Assembly: GCA_910588035.1 (NCBI GenBank)
Contig: CAJUPY010000007.1
Location: forward strand, 38,381 to 102,380
Length of the DNA stretch: 64,000 nt
From: an uncultured Muribaculaceae bacterium
GTDB lineage: Bacteria; Bacteroidota; Bacteroidia; Bacteroidales; Muribaculaceae
Reading direction: 5' to 3'
This document shows positions 8,090 to 15,587 of the stretch, piece after piece (the stretch's first letter is position 1; every line of letters starts with the position of its first letter). The position numbers and the translations under genes are program-made. The notes beneath the pieces were generated by a model. The model was not told the DNA's origin and ran no database searches. It saw nothing but the letters and a program-made list of their open reading frames with translations.

Positions 8090-9542
8090 TACTTTGCTCT
8101 CTGGCTTCTTCCACTAATCGTTTGTTCAGGTGGGCGACTTTGCAGAAGTGGTCATTCACTTTAAACATATCTCCACCATTCTCGTTATAGTTGCGCACCA
8201 TGCACATGGCACAGTAGTCCGCAGCTTCACATTCTATGCATTGAGGGAAATCGCGTCGGGTGACATTACGTATTTGCTGTATCTTTTCAGATGACTCCCA
8301 GACCTCTTTCAGACTTTGCTTATAGACATTTCCGACAACGAAACTCTGCCATCCGGCGCAAGGATAAAGGTCACCATTAGCGGCAACACAGATGTCATTT
8401 AAACCTGCACCACACATCGGACCATCCAAGAATTCATCCTGATCGGATGTGAGCGGATTTAGTTCCTGACGCATGGCGGTGTAATCCTTATCGTATTTGA
8501 TGATGTCACGTAAAAGTTCCTCGGTTTCCTCAATGGAAATGCGGTTGGCGAGGTTGTCTGTATCAAGGTCTGCTCTCGCCATCATTATGAAATCTGTTTG
8601 AGCCTTGATGCCTTTGCTTTGGGCATACTTCAATACGTCCTTATAACCGAGCCGGTTCGCTTTCATTACAGGACATGAAACTTGAACGGGAATATCCGCA
8701 GCTACAAGCCGTTCAATAGCATCTTTGGTTTTGTCGAAAGACCCCTTGATTGTGGTTATGTAGTCATGTATCTCTGGATCCATGCTATATAGCGACGTCT
8801 GCACTAATGCCACATTGGTTTCTTTCAGTGCCAGAATGAGTTCTTCGTCTAATGAAATCAGATTTGAGAGCAGCGTAATCTGAAGGTCGTTCTTTCTGCA
8901 ATGTCTCAGAATCTCAATTAAATCTTTATGCAAGAGGGCCTCCCCTCCTGAAAGCGTCACCGCAAAACCACCCATAGATGCAAATTCATCGAGAATAGAT
9001 TTGACTTTCCCGACAGGCATATTAATTCCGTGGTTTTTCTTGGGATTAGGGATATAGCAGTGAATACACCGCTCATTGCACTTGCTTGTCAGCTCGAACT
9101 GGATTACTGTGATTCGCGGATTCTTTGAATCATGACGGAAAGCAAAACCTTCGGTCGGGCTATAATTGTGAAGTTGTTTAAATCGTTGGTCGAAGTCCTT
9201 GGCCAGTTCTTTAGGGTTAACCAGACTATAAGAAAAATCAATATCCTTGGAATCAATATCCGACTCGCTTTCAGAGCGTAAAACGAACTTCGCGTCCTCA
9301 AGAATCATCATCATGTCAACAAAATCGGCATAGATTTCGCGTGGGTCGGCATCTTCGTACATCTTGCACACTTCATTAGCCAAATCCAATTCCTCTTGCG
9401 GTTCTCGGGATAACACGGAGAGAAATGCCGCACCTGAATTATTGAACATGGCGTCATGACGTGTAAGCTGGTTTGTTATATAACCCAGTTCCCCGTCATC
9501 ATAGATTCTGACGTATGTGTTTTTTGACAGTTTTACCTTCAT
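8082..9542 (-). CDS. Radical SAM / SPASM-domain peptide maturase with an N-terminal PqqD-like (RRE) region
   Basis: CxxxCxxC motif in ELTSKCNERCIHCYIPN. C-terminal auxiliary-cluster cysteines: MCGAGLNDICVAANGDLYPCAGW ... FPQCIECEAADYCAMCMVRN ... HFCKVAH. The first ~95 aa (AAFLSVLSREPQEELDLANEVCKMYEDADPREIYADFVDMMMILEDAKFV) resemble PqqD-type peptide-binding domains. Confidence 0.85.
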   Translation of the reverse strand: MKVKLSKNTYVRIYDDGELGYITNQLTRHDAMFNNSGAAFLSVLSREPQEELDLANEVCKMYEDADPREIYADFVDMMMILEDAKFVLRSESESDIDSKDIDFSYSLVNPKELAKDFDQRFKQLHNYSPTEGFAFRHDSKNPRITVIQFELTSKCNERCIHCYIPNPKKNHGINMPVGKVKSILDEFASMGGFAVTLSGGEALLHKDLIEILRHCRKNDLQITLLSNLISLDEELILALKETNVALVQTSLYSMDPEIHDYITTIKGSFDKTKDAIERLVAADIPVQVSCPVMKANRLGYKDVLKYAQSKGIKAQTDFIMMARADLDTDNLANRISIEETEELLRDIIKYDKDYTAMRQELNPLTSDQDEFLDGPMCGAGLNDICVAANGDLYPCAGWQSFVVGNVYKQSLKEVWESSEKIQQIRNVTRRDFPQCIECEAADYCAMCMVRNYNENGGDMFKVNDHFCKVAHLNKRLVEEAREQSND

Positions 9543-9611
9543 GGGTGATAATCATGGTTTAAGGGAACTGGAGCTAACCAAATTGATACTTCTCCAGTTC
9601 CCTGATGTGTC

Positions 9612-9749
9612 TTACTGGCGACATTCGCAAGTTTTGCAAGCACCTGCGCTCGCATGTCCCTGGTGAGGCATGCCTGCTCCACATCCGGCAGCATAAGAAC
9701 CGGTGGGGGCGTTCTTCGCAATCATGGCGGGTTTTACATACTTTTTCAT
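9612..9749 (-). CDS. Candidate RiPP precursor, 45 aa, Cys-rich C-terminus (SCIFF-like)
   Basis: Internal Met of track ORF 9612..9968: MKKYVKPAMIAKNAPTGSYAAGCGAGMPHQGHASAGACKTCECRQ. It ends 69 nt upstream of the rSAM/SPASM gene on the same strand. Four Cys sit in the last 23 residues. The GCG and ACKTC motifs resemble the SCIFF consensus as I remember it. Confidence 0.55.
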   Translation of the reverse strand: MKKYVKPAMIAKNAPTGSYAAGCGAGMPHQGHASAGACKTCECRQ

Positions 9750-9773
9750 TGTGATATGAATTGATGTAGATTG

Positions 9774-9812
9774 GTGCCTACCGCCTTTCAAGCGCCTCGG
9801 CTTTCTCTTTGT
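9774..9812 (-). repeat. Copy B of the same imperfect direct repeat, 24 nt upstream of the 45-aa peptide ORF start
   Basis: See copy A. Copy B lies in non-coding sequence. Confidence 0.6.
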
Positions 9813-10119
9813 GGCACCTTGGAGTATGGGTATAAAAAAAGCGTGGTGCCGTACTTGCTGTCCGTTCCCACGATTCGAGGCCTTCGCATTGCCTATCCTT
9901 GTAAGGAACGAAACAACGCAGAGGCCCACGCGAAATATGTAAGTATACGCGATGTGCCGCATCCCCACGCATGGGGTTACGGCTCACGGCGGATAGAGTT
10001 ACATATCCAACATGGCATCTACCGTTGCTCCGATTCTGACAAGGATATTTGGGAAGTTGCGAAGTTCCGAATCGTCAGAACTGAAGCGTTAAGTAAACGC
10101 TTTCAGTATGTTATGCCGA

Positions 10120-10127
10120 CAAAATTA
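10120..10127 (-). promoter_or_regulatory. Candidate Bacteroidetes -7 promoter box (TAATTTTG) for the minus-strand island
   Basis: The reverse complement of caaaatta matches the TAnnTTTG consensus. There is no good -33 TTTG. It would give a ~360-nt leader before the peptide ORF. Confidence 0.25.
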
Positions 10128-10319
10128 ATCATTAATTCTTATACTGCAAGAATAATTGTGATTAATTACCGATTTATAGCTGAAATAGCCTCTGCATTGC
10201 CGATGCAAAGATGGCGGTTATATTTGAAACGACCGAAAAATCGGGCGTTCACTCCGTTCATTAAAGAAGTATTATCCGGATTTATCGCGATTTATCACGG
10301 TAAAACGGGATAAAACCAC

Positions 10320-10327
10320 TATATTTG
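10320..10327 (+). promoter_or_regulatory. Candidate -7 promoter box (TATATTTG) for 10345..11091
   Basis: Matches TAnnTTTG, 18 nt before the ATG, with TTTA about 20 nt upstream. Confidence 0.35.
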
Positions 10328-10344
10328 AAAAAAAATAAAATTCT

Positions 10345-11091
10345 ATGGGCGTTGATATCAAGTTTTCGCAATCTTATTTCTGGCTTGATTCCTGGATTAT
10401 GGCCAATATAATACAGCTTGGTACAGTGAGTTTTTGTGATCGTTTTGTCGATTATAAGATAGACCCGTGCCGAAGGCTTTATGACCAGATGGTGTTGGCT
10501 GCCCGTTGTTGCACGGCCAATATTGCCGAGGGTACAGCCCGATATTCGACTTCAATCGAGACTGAGATGCGTCTGCTTGATGTTGCCCGCGCCAGTCTTG
10601 ATGAATTGCAGGGTGATTTTTTTCATTATCTTCTGCGCTGCAAAGCTGAAGTCTGGGCAATAGGAAACTCTGATCGGGAAACTCTCTGGACTATGAAATT
10701 GGATACCCCTCAGTATTCCAACAGTCTTTTCCATGATGCTGCTGAGCATATTCTTAAGCAGAAAGCCAAATTTACCCCATGGATTGATAGCGATGTTCCT
10801 ACGGTTGTTGCCAATGCGTTGCTGATTCTTTGTGCAAGAGTCAACCGCATGTTGGAATCTCAGTTGCAGAGTCTGCTGAAACGGTTTCGTCAACAAGGTG
10901 GCTTCACTGAGAATATGACTTCGGAACGTATTGAAGCCAAGCGCCAGCAATCAAAAGAAGGTGGGGCACCTTCATGTCCGAAGTGTGGCAAGCCGATGAT
11001 ACGGCGTATGCAAAAGAAAGGGCAAGGTCAGGGACGGGAGTTTTGGGGTTGCTCTGATTATCCGGGTTGTAATGGCATTAAGAGTATTTGA
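10345..11091 (+). CDS. Four-helix-bundle protein (23S rRNA IVS / Avd-like) fused to a C-terminal topoisomerase-type C4 zinc ribbon
   Basis: LAARCCTANIAEGTARYS is the family-typical NIAEG motif; LDVARASLDELQ also fits. The C-terminus CPKCGKPMIRRMQKKGQGQGREFWGCSDYPGC matches the Topo I-type zinc-finger pattern. Confidence 0.7.
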   Translation: MGVDIKFSQSYFWLDSWIMANIIQLGTVSFCDRFVDYKIDPCRRLYDQMVLAARCCTANIAEGTARYSTSIETEMRLLDVARASLDELQGDFFHYLLRCKAEVWAIGNSDRETLWTMKLDTPQYSNSLFHDAAEHILKQKAKFTPWIDSDVPTVVANALLILCARVNRMLESQLQSLLKRFRQQGGFTENMTSERIEAKRQQSKEGGAPSCPKCGKPMIRRMQKKGQGQGREFWGCSDYPGCNGIKSI

Positions 11092-11171
11092 GGACGATGT
11101 GTGAACGCTGTGAACGCTCATAATTTATGACCTACAACACTAAACGTCATATATTTGCGTAAAAAACAAAT

Positions 11172-11723
11172 ATGCTAAATGATAAGATAAAAGAAATGAT
11201 TCTGGAGAAATTCAATTCTCCAATCCAGTACCCGCAGCAGTGCGAGGCTCTTGCCATGGCTATTCAGGAAGCCACGGGGCAGACTTTAGGCACGACGACA
11301 TTGAAGCGCATGCTCGGCTTTGTCAACGGACCGGCTAACCCGCGCCCGTCGTCGCTCGACATTGTGGCGCAGTATCTCGGCTATCCGGACTATAATCTGT
11401 TGGCAAAGGATTTAGGGGAGGATGCGGAAATTTCTGATTTCCGGGCGGTGGAAAGTATCGCTTCGGCCGACCTCATGCCGGGAGAGCAGATACAGGTGAC
11501 CTATCATCCCAACCGGCTGTTGGTGCTGAGTTATATGGGCGAGAACAAGTATCTTGTCAACGAATCGCGTGGCAGCAAACTTATGAAAGGGGACATTCTC
11601 ACCATCGCAGGCTTCTACGTCGGTTTTGAATTGCTGATAAGTGACGTCGAGCGCGACAAGAAGCACCTCGGCTCCTATCAGGCGGCCAAGCAGGGCGGCT
11701 TGACCGGAGTGGAGATCATTTGA
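11172..11723 (+). CDS. Hypothetical protein (183 aa)
   Basis: Clean ORF with an ATG and a possible N-terminal HTH-like segment (TLGTTTLKRMLGF). No firm family assignment. Confidence 0.5.
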   Translation: MLNDKIKEMILEKFNSPIQYPQQCEALAMAIQEATGQTLGTTTLKRMLGFVNGPANPRPSSLDIVAQYLGYPDYNLLAKDLGEDAEISDFRAVESIASADLMPGEQIQVTYHPNRLLVLSYMGENKYLVNESRGSKLMKGDILTIAGFYVGFELLISDVERDKKHLGSYQAAKQGGLTGVEII

Positions 11724-11743
11724 GATGGCAGCGGTGTCGATAT

Positions 11744-13036
11744 TCATGGCATAGTCTTCTTGCCTCTACGACGTTTATCATGAAAATACAAATCACTCAT
11801 TTCCGAATCTTTTCGCATGAATTTTCCCCATTCCTTGGAAGTGAATAATACATTCATTATATACCATCGATCCTCATACCAATCAAAATGATTGCACACA
11901 CTTGAGATTATATCACTCTGAGCCTTCATCTGTCTTTCCACATATGGACTGAGAGCTTCATCCAGTTGCTCTCCGGTGGATGTGGAGTCGTTCACCAACT
12001 CTATCAGATAGTCCAACTCCGCATGCAGAGGGCCGTAATACTTCAGGACAATTTCATCACCGATTTTAGTTATATAAGCAGAGTCCGGCTTCTGAGGTTC
12101 CACTGCTTTCTTTTTGGGCGTAGGGGGCGTCACCTGCACTACTGACTGCACGGTCGGCGTATCCACACGACTGCTATCAGCTTTAGCTATATTGATTGTC
12201 GTATCGGGTATAGTAATCACAGTCGGGGGAGTCGGTTCAGCGAGCTTATCAATCGGAGTTTGGTTGCTATTGACATACCATAAAGACAGTGATAAACCAA
12301 GCACCAATGAGCTTATCAATAATAGCCAAAGATTGTTTATGCCCCTTGGCTCAAGCGTGTGTTTGATCGACTCTACCGACACGGCGTCCTTTTCGCAGAG
12401 TCGCGCAACCTTGTCCTGTCCGAGCTGTGACGCTATCTTGCCGAGTCCACGGAAATCAATAGCTCCGTCGGCACAGTTGTCACATCCATATTTCTGAGTG
12501 TTGCCGTGGGTCGAGTCGAGCCATGAGGTGTATGCCTTGTCGAGGTCGATGAGCGTCGCGGGGCGGTCGTCGTAAGGAGAGATGATGACATTATCTGCCT
12601 TGATGTCACAGTGCACGATGTTACGGTGGTGGAGATAATCTACAACGTCAACCAATTCAAGCAGCAATCGACCGACAAACTTACGGTTCTTGAGCCGCGG
12701 GTCATCGCGCTTTATCAGTTCGGCAAGCGTATCCCCCTCGATAAAGTCCATGACAATGTAATCACCACCGAATCCTACGTAGCGGGGCAACGACGGATGA
12801 CTCAGCGTCACGCCGAGGTCGTACTCCTTGTCGAAAGCCGCGCGATACAGGGGATTGTCGCGATACTCGGCTTTGAGCCGCTTGACGAAAACGCGCCGCC
12901 GCTGCACCACACACTCATATGCATCACACGTAGAGCCGCTCCTGTCCAATGGTTTGGCCAAGGCGAAATCAACAGCCATCGAAGCCGCCTCGTTCCTGCT
13001 GTCAAATCCTGATACTATGATATTGTCGTCTTTCAC
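11744..13036 (-). CDS. Atypical protein-kinase-like membrane protein (Ser/Thr kinase fold, one TM, C-terminal domain of unknown function)
   Basis: VFVKRLK (VAIK-like Lys), catalytic loop HRNIVHCDIKADNVII, LIDLDKA in place of DFG. No obvious APE motif. TM segment LWLLLISSLVLGLSLSLWYV. Pro/Thr-rich linker. Confidence 0.75.
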   Translation of the reverse strand: MKDDNIIVSGFDSRNEAASMAVDFALAKPLDRSGSTCDAYECVVQRRRVFVKRLKAEYRDNPLYRAAFDKEYDLGVTLSHPSLPRYVGFGGDYIVMDFIEGDTLAELIKRDDPRLKNRKFVGRLLLELVDVVDYLHHRNIVHCDIKADNVIISPYDDRPATLIDLDKAYTSWLDSTHGNTQKYGCDNCADGAIDFRGLGKIASQLGQDKVARLCEKDAVSVESIKHTLEPRGINNLWLLLISSLVLGLSLSLWYVNSNQTPIDKLAEPTPPTVITIPDTTINIAKADSSRVDTPTVQSVVQVTPPTPKKKAVEPQKPDSAYITKIGDEIVLKYYGPLHAELDYLIELVNDSTSTGEQLDEALSPYVERQMKAQSDIISSVCNHFDWYEDRWYIMNVLFTSKEWGKFMRKDSEMSDLYFHDKRRRGKKTMP

Positions 13037-13061
13037 ACCGCAAAGATAGCGAGAATATTAG

Positions 13062-13097
13062 TAAAAAAGAGAGGCTGTGACAAAAATCACAGCCTCT
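13062..13097 (-). terminator. Rho-independent terminator after the S8 peptidase gene
   Basis: Perfect 11-bp stem (agaggctgtga / tcacagcctct), 6-nt loop, followed on the minus strand by CTTTTTT. Confidence 0.7.
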
Positions 13098-13140
13098 GCA
13101 GGGATGAGTATATGTTCTTCAACGAATTGACATCGGATTG

Positions 13141-15348
13141 TTATCTGACAGTCAGTTTGCGGGTGGCGCGTCCCGACTTGCCGTTGACCTCGAGCAGATA
13201 GATGCCACCGGTGAGCGACGAGGCGTCGAGTTCGGCCGATTCGCTGCCTGTGACGACCAATTTGACGGCACCTCCCGAGAGCGAATAGAGCGTGGCGGTG
13301 AAGCCGTCGGCCTGATCAAAGAAGATCGTGAACAGACGACCGTCGGTTGTAATCACTTTCAGCCGGCTTTCAGCATCAGACTCAATGTTGTCGACGCCAC
13401 CCGTGCCTTTGGTTGCTATCACTTCCTTGATTCCACGCAGCGCATTGATCTTGCCGGCACCCCACCATACATCTGATGTCACACCGGTCGTGGTTGCCGT
13501 AGACTCCATGATCGAACGGGCCTTTCCGACCGTCAGATCGGGATCGGCTTCGAGCCAAAGACCAACCGTACCGGTCACAAACGGAGTGGCCATTGATGTG
13601 CCCTGCTCCACCACCCAGTAGTTCTGACGGTCAACACCGTTGACCTTAGACGTTGTCACAGCCGAAGCGGTGGCCTTTTGGGCTGTGTTGGCATTGAGGT
13701 AGGGTGTGCTGTATGATGATATGATACCAGTTCCGGGAGCTGTGATCATCGGCAGATTGCGTCCGTCGGCCAAAGTGCCCCACGACGAGTAGCTCGCGAT
13801 TGCGTTGACGGGGAACGGTGAGGTGTAGGAATAGATATCGCCGTTGATCACCGGCCACCGGTTGCGGGTGTTGAACGCACCGACAACGATGATATTTTCG
13901 CCGCATGCCATTCCGCTGATCGAGCCGTCGGTATTTCCGTTATCCCAGCCGGCTATTCCGTTATTGGTGAACTGATTGACGTTTGAGGTGTAGACATCGA
14001 TGCGCTCTCCGCTCTTGCCTTTGATCAAAAACCCGAGGTGGATATTGTTGTTTGAAGCTTTGGCGGTCACATTGTTGCAGTCCAGACCGATTGTGAAGCG
14101 GTTGTTGTTCGGGTCGAGATTTGGATAGAATGTGATCGAACCGGAGAAATTGTTTGCGAACACCTGCGATACCTGTGAGTTCAGCATAGTGGCCTTGTCG
14201 GCAGGCACAGAGATTGTCTCGACCACCTGTCTGGCGGTCTTGTCAAAGAGAACGACACTGAGATTGATCATGTCGCTTGATGTGCTCCAGATCTCGACAT
14301 TGCCTCTGATTGTGTCATTTTGCGCGAAAAACTTCAGCTCGGTGTCATTGGCGGTAAATGTCTTTCCGGCATGAATGTTGGCATCGCCATCGTTACCGGC
14401 GGCGACACAGATGATCGCTTCCTCACCCAACTCGGCAAGAGCCTTCGAGGTTGCGTCAGTGCCGTCGTGAGGGCCCGAATTGTCTCCGAGCGACAGATTG
14501 ACTGTCAGCGGTTTGTTGACCTCCTTGGCATAATTGATCATCTGCCTGATTCCGACCAGAATCGAGTTGGTGTAAAGCTGACCGGCGCAGATGACGAGAT
14601 TAGCCTCGGGAGCGACACCAAAATAAGGCAGATTGGTGCCGGTTGTGACCTGCCCCATGTCGTTGAGCAGCTTGAACGTAGCCTCACCGTCATAGGAACC
14701 TCCCATGATGCCGGCAACGTGGGTTCCGTGTGTCTTGCTCGTCAGATCGGTGGGCGCGGTCATGATCTCGTCGCCGGTATATTGTTTTGAGGTTCCACTT
14801 CCGGTGAATCGCCAGTACGACTCGATGCGGCTCGTCGTGCCGTCGGCGTTCATGAAATTGACGTGCTGCGGATCGAATCCGGTGTCAAACATGCCGACCA
14901 ACACCCCGTCGCCCTTGAAAGGACGGTTCTGGAGCATAGACTCGCCGAGACCGGTGCCACAGTGAACGGCATTGACCGATCCGGCATTGCGAGCCTTGTC
15001 CATCATCGGGCGCGACATCGTGCCGAAAGACGCGCTTTCAACAGCGTCGATGTTTTCGAGACTCCCGATCTCGTTGACAGGCATGTAGACTATCGAGAAA
15101 TTCTCAGAAACATAGAAAGTCTCATAGCCACGGGCCTCAAGCTCGGCGACAGCACTGTTTCCGTCACTCTGAATCAAAACGGCGGTCATGTCGTTTTCAT
15201 CTTGCCCGACTGACATTGTCTTCAGAGCTGCCGGCTCGGCTTTGACCTTCTCGAGTATCTGCCGCCCCTCGAAGTTGAATTTGCTCTGGGCCAAAACTGA
15301 CCCTGCGGCAGCGAGTGTCAGCAGTAGTGAAATGTAAAATCTATTCAT
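13141..15348 (-). CDS. S8 family (subtilisin-like) serine peptidase with a T9SS C-terminal sorting domain
   Basis: Catalytic triad motifs FDTGFD, HGTHVAGIMGG and GTSMATPFVTG. Signal peptide MNRFYISLLLTLAAAGSVLA. The C-terminal ~80 aa end in GGIYLLEVNGKSGRATRKLTVR, typical of Por secretion tails. Confidence 0.9.
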   Translation of the reverse strand: MNRFYISLLLTLAAAGSVLAQSKFNFEGRQILEKVKAEPAALKTMSVGQDENDMTAVLIQSDGNSAVAELEARGYETFYVSENFSIVYMPVNEIGSLENIDAVESASFGTMSRPMMDKARNAGSVNAVHCGTGLGESMLQNRPFKGDGVLVGMFDTGFDPQHVNFMNADGTTSRIESYWRFTGSGTSKQYTGDEIMTAPTDLTSKTHGTHVAGIMGGSYDGEATFKLLNDMGQVTTGTNLPYFGVAPEANLVICAGQLYTNSILVGIRQMINYAKEVNKPLTVNLSLGDNSGPHDGTDATSKALAELGEEAIICVAAGNDGDANIHAGKTFTANDTELKFFAQNDTIRGNVEIWSTSSDMINLSVVLFDKTARQVVETISVPADKATMLNSQVSQVFANNFSGSITFYPNLDPNNNRFTIGLDCNNVTAKASNNNIHLGFLIKGKSGERIDVYTSNVNQFTNNGIAGWDNGNTDGSISGMACGENIIVVGAFNTRNRWPVINGDIYSYTSPFPVNAIASYSSWGTLADGRNLPMITAPGTGIISSYSTPYLNANTAQKATASAVTTSKVNGVDRQNYWVVEQGTSMATPFVTGTVGLWLEADPDLTVGKARSIMESTATTTGVTSDVWWGAGKINALRGIKEVIATKGTGGVDNIESDAESRLKVITTDGRLFTIFFDQADGFTATLYSLSGGAVKLVVTGSESAELDASSLTGGIYLLEVNGKSGRATRKLTVR

Positions 15349-15587
15349 GAATGGAATGTAATTTAATAGAACATATTGCTCAGATAATAACGCAACGGCG
15401 ACTGCATTTATTGTGCAGCCGCCGTCTATAGTCAGATGTTTGAGTTCACTTTAACGTGCGAGGTTCATGTCTTTGGCCTTGAAGCTCTTCAGACCGATTT
15501 TCTTCGAGCCGTCCTTGACGATCTTCATGTCGCCGAGACCGGCCTTGAAGGGAACGACGGTAGCGGTTTCCTCTACCTCGACGGGGT

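Noticed and set aside
9783-9797. Small hairpin CGCTT-GAA-AGGCG inside repeat copy B, considered as a conserved RNA structure.
   Set aside because: The equivalent positions in copy A (CGCTTGAAAGGACG) do not keep the pairing. Conservation is therefore at the sequence level, not the structure level.
9612-9968. 118-aa version of the peptide ORF, and the overlapping 69-aa ORF 9778..9987.
   Set aside because: The N-terminal 73 residues (Arg/His/Gly-rich, MGMRHIAYTYIFRVGLCVV...) run through the hairpin/U7 region and repeat copy B. The internal Met gives a 45-aa peptide typical of rSAM substrates. The 69-aa ORF resembles the amidohydrolase C-terminus only over the ~7 codons encoded by the repeat.
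9771-10313. 180-aa plus-strand ORF filling the intergenic gap.
   Set aside because: It starts at TTG, and the first in-frame ATG is two-thirds of the way in. The sequence is Arg/Tyr/Ile-rich and does not look protein-like, and there is no recognisable motif. I treat the region as non-coding leader or decayed DNA, though a homology search should confirm this.
10345-11091. Diversity-generating retroelement suggested by the Avd-like four-helix-bundle gene.
   Set aside because: There is no reverse transcriptase ORF in the window, and I could find no template/variable repeat pair nearby.
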